Of a DNA stretch of 64,000 bases, positions 28,887-38,874 are shown in pieces. Positions within the stretch are counted from its first letter, which is position 1. Every line of letters begins with the position of its first letter. The DNA lies in NCBI GenBank assembly GCA_016929635.1, contig JAFGIL010000047.1, forward strand, positions 13,606 through 77,605, in the 5' to 3' direction. A program made the translations under genes and the position numbers. The stretch is from Endomicrobiales bacterium (GTDB lineage Bacteria > Elusimicrobiota > Endomicrobiia > Endomicrobiales > JAFGIL01). The notes under the pieces were generated by a model, which had not been told where the DNA came from, searched no databases, and saw only the letters and a program-made list of their open reading frames with translations.

Positions 28887-29025
28887 AAACTCTAAATACT
28901 AAACTTTAAATCCTAAACAAATACAAAGCTCAAAATTCAAAACATAATATGCTTATAATAATTTTGAGTTTTATATTTTTTGATTTTAAGTTTGTTTAGA
29001 GTTTAGAATTTAGGATTCAGGGTTT
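28887..29025. repeat. Heptad-register long imperfect palindrome (intergenic)
   Basis: Left arm AAACTCT|AAATACT|AAACTTT|AAATCCT|AAAC|AAATACA|AAGCTCA|AAATTCA; reverse complement of right arm AAACCCT|GAATCCT|AAATTCT|AAACTCT|AAAC|AAACTTA. Confidence 0.85.
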
Positions 29026-29032
29026 TAATTTT

Positions 29033-30616
29033 ATGGAACCAAAAGGTTACTGGTGTTTACAGCTGCATGCACATTTGCCATTTATCAGGCATCCTGAATA
29101 TCCGGACTTTTTAGAAGAAGACTGGTTGTATGAAGGATTGACCGAGACTTACCTGCCGCTGCTTTCTATCCTGGAAAAGCTTTTAGAAGATAATGTTGAC
29201 TTCAGGCTCACGATGACTTTTACTCCGCCACTGGCTGGTATGCTTACTGATTCTTTGCTGCAGAGCCGTTATTATAACAAATTAAACAAGCTGATTGAGC
29301 TCTCAGAAAAAGAAGTATGGCGGACACGCAGTTTGCCCCAATTCCATGAAACCGCCCTGATGTATGAAAGGCAATTAAAGGATTGCCGTAGGATATGGGA
29401 AAAGTATCATGGAAATATTTTAAACGGATATAAAAACCTTCAGGATATAGGAAAGCTTGAGATCATAACATGCTGCGCTACACACGGATTTCTGCCTTTG
29501 GAAGTAAGCAACAGTGCGATACGCGGGCAGATAAAGGTAGCTTGCCAGGATTATGAAAGGATTTTTGGGCAGAGGCCGCGCGGTATCTGGCTGGCTGAAT
29601 GTGCATATGTGCCGGGTTTTGACCAGGAATTGAAAAAGGAAGAAATCAGATTCTTTTTTCTGGAATCGCACGGGATATTGTACGGTACACCGAGGCCCAG
29701 GTATGGGGTTTTTGCTCCGGTTTATTGTCCGAGCGGTGTGGCTGCATTTGGCAGAGACATGGAGACAGCTCACCAGGTATGGAGTGCTGATACCGGGTAT
29801 CCGGGAGATCCTGACTACAGGGAGTTTTACAGGGATTTGGGATATGATCTGGATTATGAGTATATAAGGCCTTATCTGCATTCTGACGGTATCAGGCGTA
29901 ACATCGGCCTTAAATACCATCGTATAACCGGAAAAGTATCTTTAGGCAATAAGCAGCCTTACAATCCCCAATGGGCTCTAAACAAGGCAGCACAGCACGC
30001 CGGGAATTTTATGTTCAACAGGGAAAAGCAGATTGAATTTTTATCCGGCATACTGGACCGCCCTCCGCTTGTGGTTTCCATGTACGATGCTGAGCTGTTC
30101 GGGCACTGGTGGTATGAGGGGCCGAAGTTTTTGGATTTCCTGTTCCGCAAAATCCACCATGACCAGAAAACTTTTAAAATGATTACTCCAATAGAGTATC
30201 TTGAAAAATTTCCGAAAAACCAGGTTGTTACCCCTGCATCTTCCAGCTGGGGAGACAAAGGTTATTTTGAGGTATGGCTGAATGGCACTAACGATTGGAT
30301 CTACAGGCACCTGCATAAAGCATCGGAACGTATGTCAGAACTGGCAAGAGAAAACCATGATAGCCACAGCCTGGTAAGAAGAGCATTGAATCAGGCAGCA
30401 AGGGAGCTGATGCTGGCTCAGTCTTCGGATTGGGCTTTCATAATGACGACAAGGACGATGTTTGAGTATGCGGAAAAACGCACGCATGACCATTTGGTAA
30501 ATTTTTCTAATTTATATGAACAGATAAAAAGGCATTCTATAGACGAAGTTTATTTAAAAGGGTTGGAAGATAAAAACAATATATTTCCAAACATGGACTA
30601 TGCTGCATTCAGATAA
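29033..30616 (+). CDS. GH57 family 1,4-alpha-glucan branching enzyme (DUF1957 C-terminus)
   Basis: LHAHLPF, ETYLPL, ATHGFLPL, GIWLAECAY (nucleophile Glu), YDAELFGHWWYEG (acid/base Asp), ARELMLAQSSDW. Confidence 0.93.
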   Translation: MEPKGYWCLQLHAHLPFIRHPEYPDFLEEDWLYEGLTETYLPLLSILEKLLEDNVDFRLTMTFTPPLAGMLTDSLLQSRYYNKLNKLIELSEKEVWRTRSLPQFHETALMYERQLKDCRRIWEKYHGNILNGYKNLQDIGKLEIITCCATHGFLPLEVSNSAIRGQIKVACQDYERIFGQRPRGIWLAECAYVPGFDQELKKEEIRFFFLESHGILYGTPRPRYGVFAPVYCPSGVAAFGRDMETAHQVWSADTGYPGDPDYREFYRDLGYDLDYEYIRPYLHSDGIRRNIGLKYHRITGKVSLGNKQPYNPQWALNKAAQHAGNFMFNREKQIEFLSGILDRPPLVVSMYDAELFGHWWYEGPKFLDFLFRKIHHDQKTFKMITPIEYLEKFPKNQVVTPASSSWGDKGYFEVWLNGTNDWIYRHLHKASERMSELARENHDSHSLVRRALNQAARELMLAQSSDWAFIMTTRTMFEYAEKRTHDHLVNFSNLYEQIKRHSIDEVYLKGLEDKNNIFPNMDYAAFR

Positions 30617-30640
30617 AGAAAAGTTTAATGGAGGAGCTGC

Positions 30641-31201
30641 TTGAAGATTACGAGGCTCCATATCCTTTTGATAACAATTATCATAGCAACTTTGGTGATA
30701 TATGTATTTCAGTTTATACAGCAGAAAAGAATCCAGGAGGAATCCGCTTTTCAAAAAGTAATAGAAAGCAGGGTTCCTGAAATTGAAGTAAAAAAAGAGG
30801 AAGTTCAGAAACAGAAAAAGCCGGTACCAAAAAAGGATTTAGCCGTTCAGGCTGTTGCTGTTGCGGGTGAATACTGGAAGATTACAAAGGAAGAGGGAAG
30901 GAACTATAAAATAGGCCAGACAACATTAAGGAAGGCAAAGGAATATTTAAAAACAGAAGATTACGAAAATGCATGGAAGCTGGCCAGGCAATCGATAGAT
31001 GAGTTTAAGGCAGCGCCTGTTCTCAGAAGCAAATACTACAAAGTCTGCCGCGGCGACTGTTTATGGAATATAGCAAAACTGCCCCAGCATTACGGACGGG
31101 GATCTATGTGGGTAAAAATCTGGCGTGCAAATGAAAGCAAGATACCGGATTTTGATATTATTTATACCGGGCAGATGCTGTATATTCCAAAAGAAAACTA
31201 A
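30641..31201 (+). CDS. Membrane-anchored LysM peptidoglycan-binding protein
   Basis: N-terminal TM; C-terminal YKVCRGDCLWNIA...W.KIW.AN..I..FDIIY.GQ.LYIP; TTG start with GGAGGAG RBS. Confidence 0.85.
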   Translation: MKITRLHILLITIIIATLVIYVFQFIQQKRIQEESAFQKVIESRVPEIEVKKEEVQKQKKPVPKKDLAVQAVAVAGEYWKITKEEGRNYKIGQTTLRKAKEYLKTEDYENAWKLARQSIDEFKAAPVLRSKYYKVCRGDCLWNIAKLPQHYGRGSMWVKIWRANESKIPDFDIIYTGQMLYIPKEN

Positions 31202-31213
31202 AAGGAACCAGGT

Positions 31214-32476
31214 ATGGAGTTTCTCTACTTAAAAGAAATACTTTTAATAGCAATATTCATTGTCGTGCTTATATTCATAAAGCGCCAGAGATACCTGGCG
31301 CAGCAGAGAGAGCTGATATACGGAAAGCGCCTGAAAGAAGCACAGTCCCAGATCCAGGAATATATCTCGGACCTGGATAACCTTATAGTCATGCTGGTCG
31401 GGATCCACGAGTTCGGGATGACTGCAACCGGCATTGTTTCTAAAGAAGAGCTTACCCAGCTGGTCGTTGATTCTGCCTGCAAGCTGATGCGTACGGATAA
31501 AGGTTCCCTGATGCTTTTAAGCCACGAGACCAACGAATTAACTATCGCCGCATCCCAGGGGCTTTCCCCTGAAGTTGTGTCAACAACCAGGATAAAGCTG
31601 GGTGAAAGCATTTCCGGCAAAGTCGCCCAGACAGGAAGGGCGATATTCGTGGAAGACATTGAAACTGACATGAGGTTTATGAGAGCCAATAACGTGCACT
31701 ACCCGTCAAAATCTTTTATTTCTGTACCTCTGCGCGTAAAGAACAGGATCATAGGGGTTTTAAATATCAATGCACAGGAGCCGAACGCCCGTTTTGAGGA
31801 AAGGGATGTTAGATTGTTGACCATATTGGCGGACCAGGCCGCGATAACCCTGGAGAACATTGAACTGTATTCTAATTTGCAGAATTTTTATTTGGAGATG
31901 GTTCAAACACTTGCACGTGCGATTGACGCAAAAGATTCTTACACTCACGAGCATGCCGACCGTGCAAGAAAATATGCGCGTTTAATCGGAATGAAGCTGA
32001 ATTTGCCTGAAGTGATGATACGTCATATAGAATACGCTGCCTTGATGCATGACATAGGTAAAATCGGAATTGATGAGAATATATTGCATAAACCCGGCAA
32101 GCTCACCGAAGAGGAGAGAGAAATCATAAAAAAACATCCTGCTATCGGAAACCGCATAATCGCTCCGGTTGCATTTCTCTCCCCTGTAGCTCCGATGGTA
32201 TTATATCATCAGGAATGGTATAACGGCCAGGGATACCCGGAAGGGCTTGCAGGCGAAGAGATACCCCTGGGCGCAAGGATAGTTGCCGTGATTGATGCTT
32301 ATGACGCTATAACTTCAGACAGGCCGTACCGGAAAGCTCTGCCGAAAGAAGTTGCTGTTCAAGAGTTGAAGAAAGGCGCTGATAAACAGTTTGACCCTAA
32401 AGTTGTAAACGCTTTTCTTAAAGTCTTGGAAGAAGAAAAACAAGAAAAGACTTCAAAAGACAGCAGCATTATTTAA
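31214..32476 (+). CDS. GAF + HD-GYP cyclic-dinucleotide phosphodiesterase with N-terminal TM
   Basis: GAF (GSLML...GESISGKVA...SFISVPL...IGVLN); HDIGKIG, YHQEWYNGQGYPEGLAGEEIPLGARIVAVIDAYDA. Confidence 0.9.
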   Translation: MEFLYLKEILLIAIFIVVLIFIKRQRYLAQQRELIYGKRLKEAQSQIQEYISDLDNLIVMLVGIHEFGMTATGIVSKEELTQLVVDSACKLMRTDKGSLMLLSHETNELTIAASQGLSPEVVSTTRIKLGESISGKVAQTGRAIFVEDIETDMRFMRANNVHYPSKSFISVPLRVKNRIIGVLNINAQEPNARFEERDVRLLTILADQAAITLENIELYSNLQNFYLEMVQTLARAIDAKDSYTHEHADRARKYARLIGMKLNLPEVMIRHIEYAALMHDIGKIGIDENILHKPGKLTEEEREIIKKHPAIGNRIIAPVAFLSPVAPMVLYHQEWYNGQGYPEGLAGEEIPLGARIVAVIDAYDAITSDRPYRKALPKEVAVQELKKGADKQFDPKVVNAFLKVLEEEKQEKTSKDSSII

Positions 32477-32477
32477 T

Positions 32478-32547
32478 AAGTCCAAGGTCCAGGGTCCCAT
32501 GCAAGGATTTTACAAACCATGGATCTTGGACTTTAAATATTGGACTT
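32478..32547. repeat. Short heptad-register palindrome (intergenic)
   Basis: AAGTCCA|AGGTCCA|GGGTCCC ... TGGATCT|TGGACTT|TAAATAT|TGGACTT, ending directly at the rsmI ATG. Confidence 0.75.
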
Positions 32548-33261
32548 ATGTTAGAAAAAGGCATATTGTATCTTGTACCCACTCCCATAGGAAATCTTGA
32601 GGATATAACCTTAAGAGCGTTAAGGATTTTAAAGGAAGTTGATTTAATAGTCTGCGAGGATACAAGGCAAACAATAAAATTATTAAATAATTTTCAGATA
32701 AAAAAGCCGCTACTAAGCTTTTATACATATAATCAGTCAAGAAGAATTCCCAAAATTATTGAAGAGTTGGAAAATAGTAAAAATCTGGCGTTAGTTTCGG
32801 ACAGCGGTACGCCGGGCATATCTGACCCCGGATATTTTCTGATAAAAGCCGCGATAGAAAACAATATACAGGTGATATCCCTTCCGGGCCCTAATGCGGT
32901 TTTAACCTCTCTGGTTGCATCCGGGCTTGCAACCAATGGTTTTGTTTTTTTGGGATTTTTAAAAAGAAAACCCGGTAAGATGAGAAAAGAGCTGCAGAGG
33001 GCAGGCGCTTTAGGCAAAACCATAGTTTTTTATGAGTCGCCGCTCAGGACAAAAAAGACACTGTCTCTGTGCAGGGAAGTATTTCCAGGGGGAATAAAAG
33101 TTGTTATTGCCCGGGAACTTACAAAAAAATTTGAAGAGTTTATACGCGGTTCATTGGATGAGGTTATAAACAGGATTAAAGACAGGGAAATAAAAGGCGA
33201 AGTGGTTATTTTAATCGAGCCGGATGAAAATGTAAAAAGCAAGGAGATTATAGATGATTAA
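32548..33261 (+). CDS. rsmI: 16S rRNA (cytidine-2'-O)-methyltransferase
   Basis: LYLVPTPIGNLEDITLRAL, CEDTR, LVSDSGTPGISDPG, FYESP.R, ARELTKKFEE..RG, KGEVV. Confidence 0.96.
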   Translation: MLEKGILYLVPTPIGNLEDITLRALRILKEVDLIVCEDTRQTIKLLNNFQIKKPLLSFYTYNQSRRIPKIIEELENSKNLALVSDSGTPGISDPGYFLIKAAIENNIQVISLPGPNAVLTSLVASGLATNGFVFLGFLKRKPGKMRKELQRAGALGKTIVFYESPLRTKKTLSLCREVFPGGIKVVIARELTKKFEEFIRGSLDEVINRIKDREIKGEVVILIEPDENVKSKEIIDD

Positions 33262-34276
33262 AGTTGCAGTTGTGGGTGCAATGGGTTACACGGGAGAAGA
33301 ATTAATAAAGATACTATCCGGGCATCCGGGCGCAGAGATTACAGTTGTTGCAGATAAACTTCCTGATCTTCCAAAGAATTTAAAGGAAATTTATCCATCA
33401 ATGAAAGATCTTAATCTTGTATGTGAAAATCTGGACGTTCCCTCAGTGTCGAAGAAGTCTGATGTTGTATTTTTAGCCGTTCCTCATAAAGTTTCACTGA
33501 CAATCGCTCCCGAATTTTTAAAGCTTAATAAAAAGGTTATTGATCTTTCTGCTGATTACAGGATTGAATCCAAGGATGTCTATGAAAAGTGGTATAATGC
33601 GGAACATACCTCATCTTCATACTTAAAGGAAGCGATATACGGATTACCGGAGCTTTACAGGGAAAAAATAAAAAATGCAAAGCTGCTAGCAAATCCAGGA
33701 TGTTACCCCACTACTATTATTTTAGGGTGTGCTCCTGCGATGAAGGAAAAGCTGGTCAGTGCAGACTCTGTAATCGTCGATGCAAAAAGCGGTGTTTCCG
33801 GAGGAGGGAGAAAGTTTGTGCAGGAATACTATAAAACGGACCATCCGAACCACAAGCCGTACAGCATAGCCGGAAAACACAGGCACATACCAGAAGTCGA
33901 GCAGGAATTGTCCAAGATAATAAAGGAGCCCGTGAAGATAACGTTCTCCCCGCATATTATTCCTACGGAAAGAGGAATGCTCTCGACAATATATATGACT
34001 CTTAATAAAAAGATAGATTCCAAGGATTTAATAAAAATATACCAGGATTTCTATAAAAACGAACCGTTTGTAAGAATTTTGCCTAACGGCGAGCTGCCGA
34101 AGATTAGAGACGTTGTAAATACGAATTACTGCGACATAGGTTTGGATATTGATGAACGCACCAATAAGCTTATTGTTGTCTCTTCGATTGATAACCTGGT
34201 AAAAGGTGCATCCGGACAGGCGGTTCAGAATATGAACATAATGTTCGGATTAAAGGAAAAGGAAGGGTTGAATTAA
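33254..34276 (+). CDS. argC: N-acetyl-gamma-glutamyl-phosphate reductase
   Basis: VGAMGYTG, DLSADYR, YGLPEL, ANPGCYPT, DAKSGVSG, DNLVKGASGQAVQN. Confidence 0.96.
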   Translation: MIKVAVVGAMGYTGEELIKILSGHPGAEITVVADKLPDLPKNLKEIYPSMKDLNLVCENLDVPSVSKKSDVVFLAVPHKVSLTIAPEFLKLNKKVIDLSADYRIESKDVYEKWYNAEHTSSSYLKEAIYGLPELYREKIKNAKLLANPGCYPTTIILGCAPAMKEKLVSADSVIVDAKSGVSGGGRKFVQEYYKTDHPNHKPYSIAGKHRHIPEVEQELSKIIKEPVKITFSPHIIPTERGMLSTIYMTLNKKIDSKDLIKIYQDFYKNEPFVRILPNGELPKIRDVVNTNYCDIGLDIDERTNKLIVVSSIDNLVKGASGQAVQNMNIMFGLKEKEGLN

Positions 34277-34279
34277 AAT

Positions 34280-35479
34280 ATGTTTCCAAAAGATTTTGCT
34301 GCGCTGGGAATCCACTGCGGAATAAAGAAAGAAAATAAAAAAAAGGATTTAGCTTTGTTCTATTCAGAATATCCTTGCAAGGCATCCGTGTTATCAACTT
34401 CAAACATTGTGAAGGCAGCCCCTGTTCTACTGAATAATAAAGCAGTAAAAGAAAATAAAAACGCCTTTAGGGCTGTGATTGTTAATTCAGGCTGTGCAAA
34501 CGCCTGTACAGGAAAGCACGGCATGCAAGATGCCATGGAAATGTGTAAATTGGTTGCTGATGGATTAAAGCTGAAACAAAAGGAAGTTCTGGTTGCTTCA
34601 ACTGGCGTTATCGGAGCGTTTCTTCCTATGAAAAAAGTGAAGAAAGGGATAGAAACGATAACGGATAGGATACAGAAGAGCCATAACGAAATTTCTGCTG
34701 TGCAGGCAATAATGACAACAGATACAAAACGCAAAATATCCAGCAGAAAAGTAAGTATCGGAGGAAAAAATGTTGTTATCTGGGGGTGTGCGAAAGGCTC
34801 GGGTATGATTCATCCTGATTTGATCCCCCATGCCACTATGATAAGTGCAGTTTTAACTGATGCGAATATATCTAAAGAGTGCCTGAAAGATGTTTTTAGC
34901 AGAGCGGTTAATAACTCCTTTAACTGCGTGACTGTTGATGGAGATACGTCTACAAACGACACTGCTATTATTCTTGCAAACGGAAGGGCCGGGAATAAGG
35001 TTATTAAAGCAAAAAACAATAGTTTTAATAAGTTCGGGAAAGCATTAAACGAAGTCTGCGTTGAACTTGCAAAGATGATTGCACGGGACGGTGAAGGCGC
35101 AACGAAATTAGTTGAAGTTGAAGTAAGAGGATGTAAAAGTCCCGGCTCTGCAAAAAAAGTTGCATCCGTTATTGCCACATCGCCTCTTGTAAAAACCGCA
35201 ATTTTCGGCTGTGACGCCAACTGGGGAAGAATACTTGCTGCATGCGGCAGGTCAGATGTTGATTTTAATCCGGAAAAAATTGCCATCTATATCGGCAATA
35301 AACTGATTTTTCATAAAGGAATGCCTGCAAAGTATTCGGAATCGAAGCTGAAAGGAATATTAAAAAAGAAGAACGTGAAAATAACAGTTGATTTAAACCA
35401 GGGAGACCACAGCGCAAAGTATTTTACATGTGATTTTTCTTTTGATTATATAAAAATAAATGCGAGTTACAGAAGCTGA
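34280..35479 (+). CDS. argJ: Bifunctional glutamate N-acetyltransferase/amino-acid acetyltransferase
   Basis: NSGCANACTG, ASTGVIG, AIMTTDT, AKGSGMIHP, VDGDTSTND, RDGEGAT, DANWGRI, YIKINASYRS. Confidence 0.96.
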   Translation: MFPKDFAALGIHCGIKKENKKKDLALFYSEYPCKASVLSTSNIVKAAPVLLNNKAVKENKNAFRAVIVNSGCANACTGKHGMQDAMEMCKLVADGLKLKQKEVLVASTGVIGAFLPMKKVKKGIETITDRIQKSHNEISAVQAIMTTDTKRKISSRKVSIGGKNVVIWGCAKGSGMIHPDLIPHATMISAVLTDANISKECLKDVFSRAVNNSFNCVTVDGDTSTNDTAIILANGRAGNKVIKAKNNSFNKFGKALNEVCVELAKMIARDGEGATKLVEVEVRGCKSPGSAKKVASVIATSPLVKTAIFGCDANWGRILAACGRSDVDFNPEKIAIYIGNKLIFHKGMPAKYSESKLKGILKKKNVKITVDLNQGDHSAKYFTCDFSFDYIKINASYRS

Positions 35480-35488
35480 ACATGATTT

Positions 35489-36118
35489 ATGAAAACAATT
35501 ATACTGAAGATAAAAAAGAAACCGGAAAAAATAAAAATCAGGCAGGCGGCTGATATTTTAAAAAATGGCGGAATTGTTGCTTTCCCCACTGATACGGTTT
35601 ACGGCCTAGCAGTTAATGCCTTAAACAGTAATGCAAAAAAAAAGGTTTATAAACTTAAGGGAAGGTCGTTTAAAAAGCCTCTGATTATAATGCCGAAAGA
35701 TACTAACTCTCTCAGGAAGATAGCAGTTGTGGGGAAGTCCGTTGAAAAATTAATACGCAAGTATTGGCCCGGGCCTTTAACCTTAATTTTGTCTACAAAC
35801 AAGACAGGAAGAATGATAATGGGCGGCCGTTCTGATTTGGGCGTAAGGATTCCCGATAACAATGTGGCTTTATCTCTGCTTGAGACATGCGATTTTCCTG
35901 TTGCGACCACAAGCGCCAATCCGTCCGGTAAACCGAGCGCAAAAACAGGGAAAGAGGCAGCAAGATATTTTAAAAATAAAGTTGATTTGATTATAGATTC
36001 AGGTGAATGTAAGAAAAAAATTGAATCAACAGTATTGAATGCAACTCGTTTTCCTTTTAGTATAGTAAGACAGGGATGCATATCCAGAGAAAAAATAGAA
36101 TCTCTGATGAATATATAA
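35489..36118 (+). CDS. tsaC: L-threonylcarbamoyladenylate synthase (TsaC/Sua5 N-domain)
   Basis: VAFPTDTVYGL, K.R...KPL, WPGPLT, TTSANPSG. Confidence 0.92.
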   Translation: MKTIILKIKKKPEKIKIRQAADILKNGGIVAFPTDTVYGLAVNALNSNAKKKVYKLKGRSFKKPLIIMPKDTNSLRKIAVVGKSVEKLIRKYWPGPLTLILSTNKTGRMIMGGRSDLGVRIPDNNVALSLLETCDFPVATTSANPSGKPSAKTGKEAARYFKNKVDLIIDSGECKKKIESTVLNATRFPFSIVRQGCISREKIESLMNI

Positions 36119-36144
36119 TCTCTTTATTCAGGTTCAGGAATCCT

Positions 36145-36606
36145 ATGCAGATATTATTTGTTTGTACTGGTAACACGTGCCGTTCGGCAATGGCTGAAGC
36201 TTTGTTGAAAAACGAAGTTAAGAAGAGGGGCATTAAAAATGTTTATGTATCCTCATGCGGAACCTCTGCTATGCCGAGTTTTCAGATACCGTCAATAGTA
36301 GTTCAATTGATGGCAAAAGAAAAAATAGATATCAGCAGTCATAAGCCAACACAGGTTAACGCGGGTTTAGTTAATAATTCAGATTTAATTCTAGCTATGT
36401 CTAAAGGCCATAAAGAATATATTATTTCGAGATTTCAGGAGTCACAGGATAAAACCTATCTATTCAAAGAATACCTTAATGAAAAAGGTGAGCAGGACAT
36501 ATTCGATCCGATAGGGCAATCAGACGAGGTGTATAAAAAAACATTAAGCAGCCTCAAAAAATGTATAAAAAAGTTAATTCAAATGATGGAGGATAAAAGT
36601 GAGTAA
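36145..36606 (+). CDS. Low-molecular-weight protein Tyr/Arg phosphatase (YwlE-like)
   Basis: [16 protein letters not shown]-loop and DIFDPIG; start taken at ATG 36145. Confidence 0.9.
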   Translation: MQILFVCTGNTCRSAMAEALLKNEVKKRGIKNVYVSSCGTSAMPSFQIPSIVVQLMAKEKIDISSHKPTQVNAGLVNNSDLILAMSKGHKEYIISRFQESQDKTYLFKEYLNEKGEQDIFDPIGQSDEVYKKTLSSLKKCIKKLIQMMEDKSE

Positions 36607-37834
36607 TTTACAAAAACAAGACCCGGAAGTTTATAGTGCGATTCAAAAGGAATTAGAAAGACAGAGGATGACCCTTGAGTTAATAGCCTCCGAAAACCAT
36701 ACATCACAAGAGGTTTTGGAAGCCCAGGGCTCGGTTCTTACTAATAAATATGCCGAAGGATATCCGGGTAAGCGTTATTACGGCGGTTGCGAGTTTGTGG
36801 ATGTTGCTGAGACGCTTGCGATAGAGCGCACAAAAAAGCTTTTTGGCGCCGAGTACGTAAACGTACAGCCTCATTCCGGTACCCAGGCAAATATTGAAGC
36901 ATATCTTGCGGTTCTTAATGTAGGTGATACTATTATGGGGATGAATCTTGCGCACGGCGGGCATCTTTCCCACGGGCACCCCCTGAATTTTTCCGGTAAA
37001 TATTTTAAGATTGTTCCTTATACAGTGCGTCAGGATACGGAGTTGATAGATTACGATGAAGTTGAAAAGCTTGCAAAAGAAAATAAACCAAAGATGATAG
37101 TTACCGGAGCAAGCGCTTACTCAAGGATTTGGGACTGGGAAAGATTCAAAAAAATCGCAGACAGCGTTGGCGCGTTGCTTCTTGCCGACATAGCGCATTA
37201 TGCCGGGCTTATCGCGGCGGGCATTTATCCGTCCCCCGTTCCTTATGCGGACATAGTGACAACTACGACTCATAAAACACTCCGGGGCCCCAGGGCAGGA
37301 ATAATAATGGCAAAAGAAAAATATGCCGCACAGATTAACAAGTCTGTTTTTCCGGGGAACCAGGGCGGGCCTTTAATGCATGTAATTGCAGCAAAAGCCG
37401 TTGCATTGGGCGAAGCCTTAAAACCGGAGTTTAAGGAATATCAGAAACAGATTTTGAAAAACGCAAAGGTTTTTGCAGATACTTTAACCAAACAGGGGTT
37501 GCGGATTGTCTCAGGCGGGACGGACTGCCATATGTTCCTGGTTGATTTAAGGCCGCTTAAGATAACAGGCAAGGAAGCCGAAAAGACTCTAGAAAAGGTC
37601 TGCATTACCGTAAACAAAAATGCGATCCCTTATGATCCTGAAAAACCTATGATAGCTTCGGGAATAAGAATTGGGACACCTGCGATAACCACTCGAGGAA
37701 TGAAAGAAAATGAAGTAGAGCAAATCGCATCCTGGGTTGTTGAAGCAATTAAAAACAAAGACAACAAGAGTGTATTAGATAAAATAGGCAAGCAGGTAAA
37801 AGAGCTTTGCAAAAAATATCCTTTGTATGTTTAA
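36599..37834 (+). CDS. glyA: Serine hydroxymethyltransferase
   Basis: [47 protein letters not shown]. Confidence 0.98.
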   Translation: MSNLQKQDPEVYSAIQKELERQRMTLELIASENHTSQEVLEAQGSVLTNKYAEGYPGKRYYGGCEFVDVAETLAIERTKKLFGAEYVNVQPHSGTQANIEAYLAVLNVGDTIMGMNLAHGGHLSHGHPLNFSGKYFKIVPYTVRQDTELIDYDEVEKLAKENKPKMIVTGASAYSRIWDWERFKKIADSVGALLLADIAHYAGLIAAGIYPSPVPYADIVTTTTHKTLRGPRAGIIMAKEKYAAQINKSVFPGNQGGPLMHVIAAKAVALGEALKPEFKEYQKQILKNAKVFADTLTKQGLRIVSGGTDCHMFLVDLRPLKITGKEAEKTLEKVCITVNKNAIPYDPEKPMIASGIRIGTPAITTRGMKENEVEQIASWVVEAIKNKDNKSVLDKIGKQVKELCKKYPLYV

Positions 37835-37849
37835 GAATTAAATAGATTT

Positions 37850-38869
37850 ATGATTTATCTACTGGGATTTATTTTAGCTTTTGTAGGAACAGTGGTTTTT
37901 ACACCCGCTTCAATAATAGTCGCAAAAAAGTTTAATGTTTTGGATTATCCCCGTGCAAGAAAAGTGCACCGGAAACCTCTTCCCAGATGGGGCGGCATAG
38001 GGATTTATCTGGGTTTTTTTATTGCAATATTGGTGCTTTTTAAATTTGTCAATCCATTCAGGGAGTTAATGACCCTAGAATATAAGTCAGTAAGCCTGTT
38101 TAAGCAGCTTCTCGGGATAGTCTTCGGGAGTTCTTTGATTTTTATTTTGGGGATTATTGACGATAAAAAACCGGTTAAATCCTTCACGAAACTCCTGGTT
38201 CAGATAATAGCTGTTTATATTGCCATAGATTACGGTGTTCGTATTCAGGGACTGGCTATCCCCTTTGTTGAAAAGTATTACAATTTTCCTTTGATTTTGG
38301 GTCAAATTGTAACAGTCTTCTGGTTAACGGGTTTTATGAATACCATTAACCTGGCAGACGGGCTGGACGGCCTTGCTGCGGGGATTGGCGCTATAGCAGC
38401 GGGAACTTTTTTTATCGTTGCACTTCTCCAGGCAACAACCAGCGATTTATTTCTTTCAAAACAACTGGCCTTATCTTCTGTTCTGGCCATAACTCTTATG
38501 GGTGCCTGCCTCGGGTTTTTAGTGTGGAATTTCTATCCGGCAAAGGTTTTCATGGGTGACTGCGGGGCTTTATTCATAGGCTATATTTTAGCTACAACAA
38601 GTGTTATAGGTACTTTGAAATCTACAGCAGTAATAGCATTATTTATTCCTATTGTTGTTGTTGCACTTCCAATCCTAGATGTTGCATTATCAATATTTAG
38701 AAGATTGAGAAAAGGCATGGGAGTTATGGAGCCGGATAAAGATCATATTCATCACAGGCTTTTAAGTTTCGGCTGGACCCAGAGGGAAGTTGTGCTTTTA
38801 ATGTATGTTTTCACTCTAATTCTTTCGATAGGATCTATTCTTTTAACAGTCTTGAGAGGAAGGGTATAA
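37850..38869 (+). CDS. MraY/WecA/TagO-family undecaprenyl-phosphate GlcNAc-1-phosphate transferase
   Basis: GIIDD, NTINLADGLDGL, NFYPAKVFMGD.G, PDKDHIHH. Confidence 0.92.
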   Translation: MIYLLGFILAFVGTVVFTPASIIVAKKFNVLDYPRARKVHRKPLPRWGGIGIYLGFFIAILVLFKFVNPFRELMTLEYKSVSLFKQLLGIVFGSSLIFILGIIDDKKPVKSFTKLLVQIIAVYIAIDYGVRIQGLAIPFVEKYYNFPLILGQIVTVFWLTGFMNTINLADGLDGLAAGIGAIAAGTFFIVALLQATTSDLFLSKQLALSSVLAITLMGACLGFLVWNFYPAKVFMGDCGALFIGYILATTSVIGTLKSTAVIALFIPIVVVALPILDVALSIFRRLRKGMGVMEPDKDHIHHRLLSFGWTQREVVLLMYVFTLILSIGSILLTVLRGRV

Positions 38870-38874
38870 TAAAA

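Noticed and set aside
28887-29025. CRISPR array interpretation of the heptad repeats
   Set aside because: Units are 7 nt, adjacent and degenerate, with no unique spacers and no cas genes
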